DNA of 64,000 nucleotides from Macrostomum lignano (lineage: Eukaryota). The stretch's first letter is position 1. Every line of letters starts with the position of its first letter. The DNA lies in assembly GCA_002269645.1 (NCBI GenBank), contig NIVC01001974.1, forward strand, positions 1-64,000, in the 5' to 3' direction. Under the pieces are notes generated by a model. It was not told where the DNA came from. It did not search any database and saw only the letters and a program-made list of their open reading frames with translations. The position numbers were made by a program, and so were the translations under genes. Shown piece by piece: positions 63,508 to 64,000 of the stretch.

Positions 63508-64000
63508 TACGAGTATCCTGGGAAAGCTTTACTTTCCAGAGATAGTAGAGTTTTTGATCTTGCATTATTTACCATACCTTCCTCTATGGGCTGCCTTTAC
63601 ATGGCATTGTTTGCTGGTGAAGTTTAAGTCCCCATTTTCTAATGTGCATATAGAAAGTTGGTTTAAAAGAATAAAATCAACTCTGGAACTGCCTCTTTTG
63701 CCCGCAATGTTTTGTAAATCCAACACAGAATTCATTCATGACAGAATCAAAGAAGCAAACATTGCCCACAAAATGAAGTCTCGACCATTTGTCTGCCCTC
63801 GAAAGAGAAAGCACGATTCCATGACTCCAGAAGGAGCGCAGGAGCAGTGGGATAGAAGGCGAGCGAAGTATACAATGAGGAACTTTGTAAAAATAATTTA
63901 TCACTCTCAGAATCAACAACATGACCAGCCCCCACAACAGCAACAGCAGCAGACAGAACGGCAGCAGCAACAGTCTCAGAAACAGCAACATGACCAGCCC
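63443..64000 (+). mobile_element. MULE/NOF-FB-like transposase C-terminal fragment, open to the window end
   Basis: Manual translation, no stop: LYFPEIVEFLILHYLPYLPLWAAF...SNVHIESWFKRIK...QEQWDRRRAKY...poly-Q. The PLW and N..E.WF..K pattern was recalled from NOF-like transposases, not searched. Confidence 0.5.

Noticed and set aside
63677-63991. Minus-strand Leu-rich ORF as the ELAPOR signal-peptide exon
   Set aside because: It is the antisense shadow of the CAG/CAA poly-Q tract in the plus-strand transposase-like frame, and no suitable phase-0 C-x-x|GT exon end was found.

Overview
Eukaryotic (animal) genomic DNA with GT-AG introns and a heavy minisatellite load. The style resembles the flatworm Macrostomum, which is an inference and was not verified. 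(1) 1-35 kb is a cluster of five two-coding-exon genes for small secreted single-WSC-domain proteins: three near-identical A copies plus diverged paralogs B and C. The A copies sit in a unit of about 9.5 kb (WSC gene + degenerate Crypton/DUF3504 tyrosine-recombinase gene + BEL/Pao gag relic + 21-mer minisatellite). That unit is duplicated in tandem and then folded back as a large inverted repeat (about 861-8525 vs 12472-20991). (2) 37.5-39.5 kb holds two intronless LITAF-like genes. (3) 43.7-56.9 kb is a minus-strand ELAPOR/KIAA1324-like type I membrane protein gene; 12 exons were traced by hand and most introns carry their own minisatellite. (4) 57-64 kb is AT-rich transposon-like DNA with a hAT-type MITE (8-bp TSD) and a MULE/NOF-like transposase fragment running off the window. 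Most long ORFs in the supplied track are artefacts of tandem repeats. Several single-base homopolymer frameshifts, and a noisier first 12 kb, suggest long-read consensus errors. Most unusual observations: the Crypton gene is bracketed by TTGTCTATGG direct repeats and that motif is densely clustered at 22.9-28.1 kb among hairpins; the WSC paralogs have a constant leader but a hypervariable domain; all of them have a 3'-UTR intron filled with the same 8-mer satellite; and a minimal hammerhead-like motif lies upstream of WSC-C.
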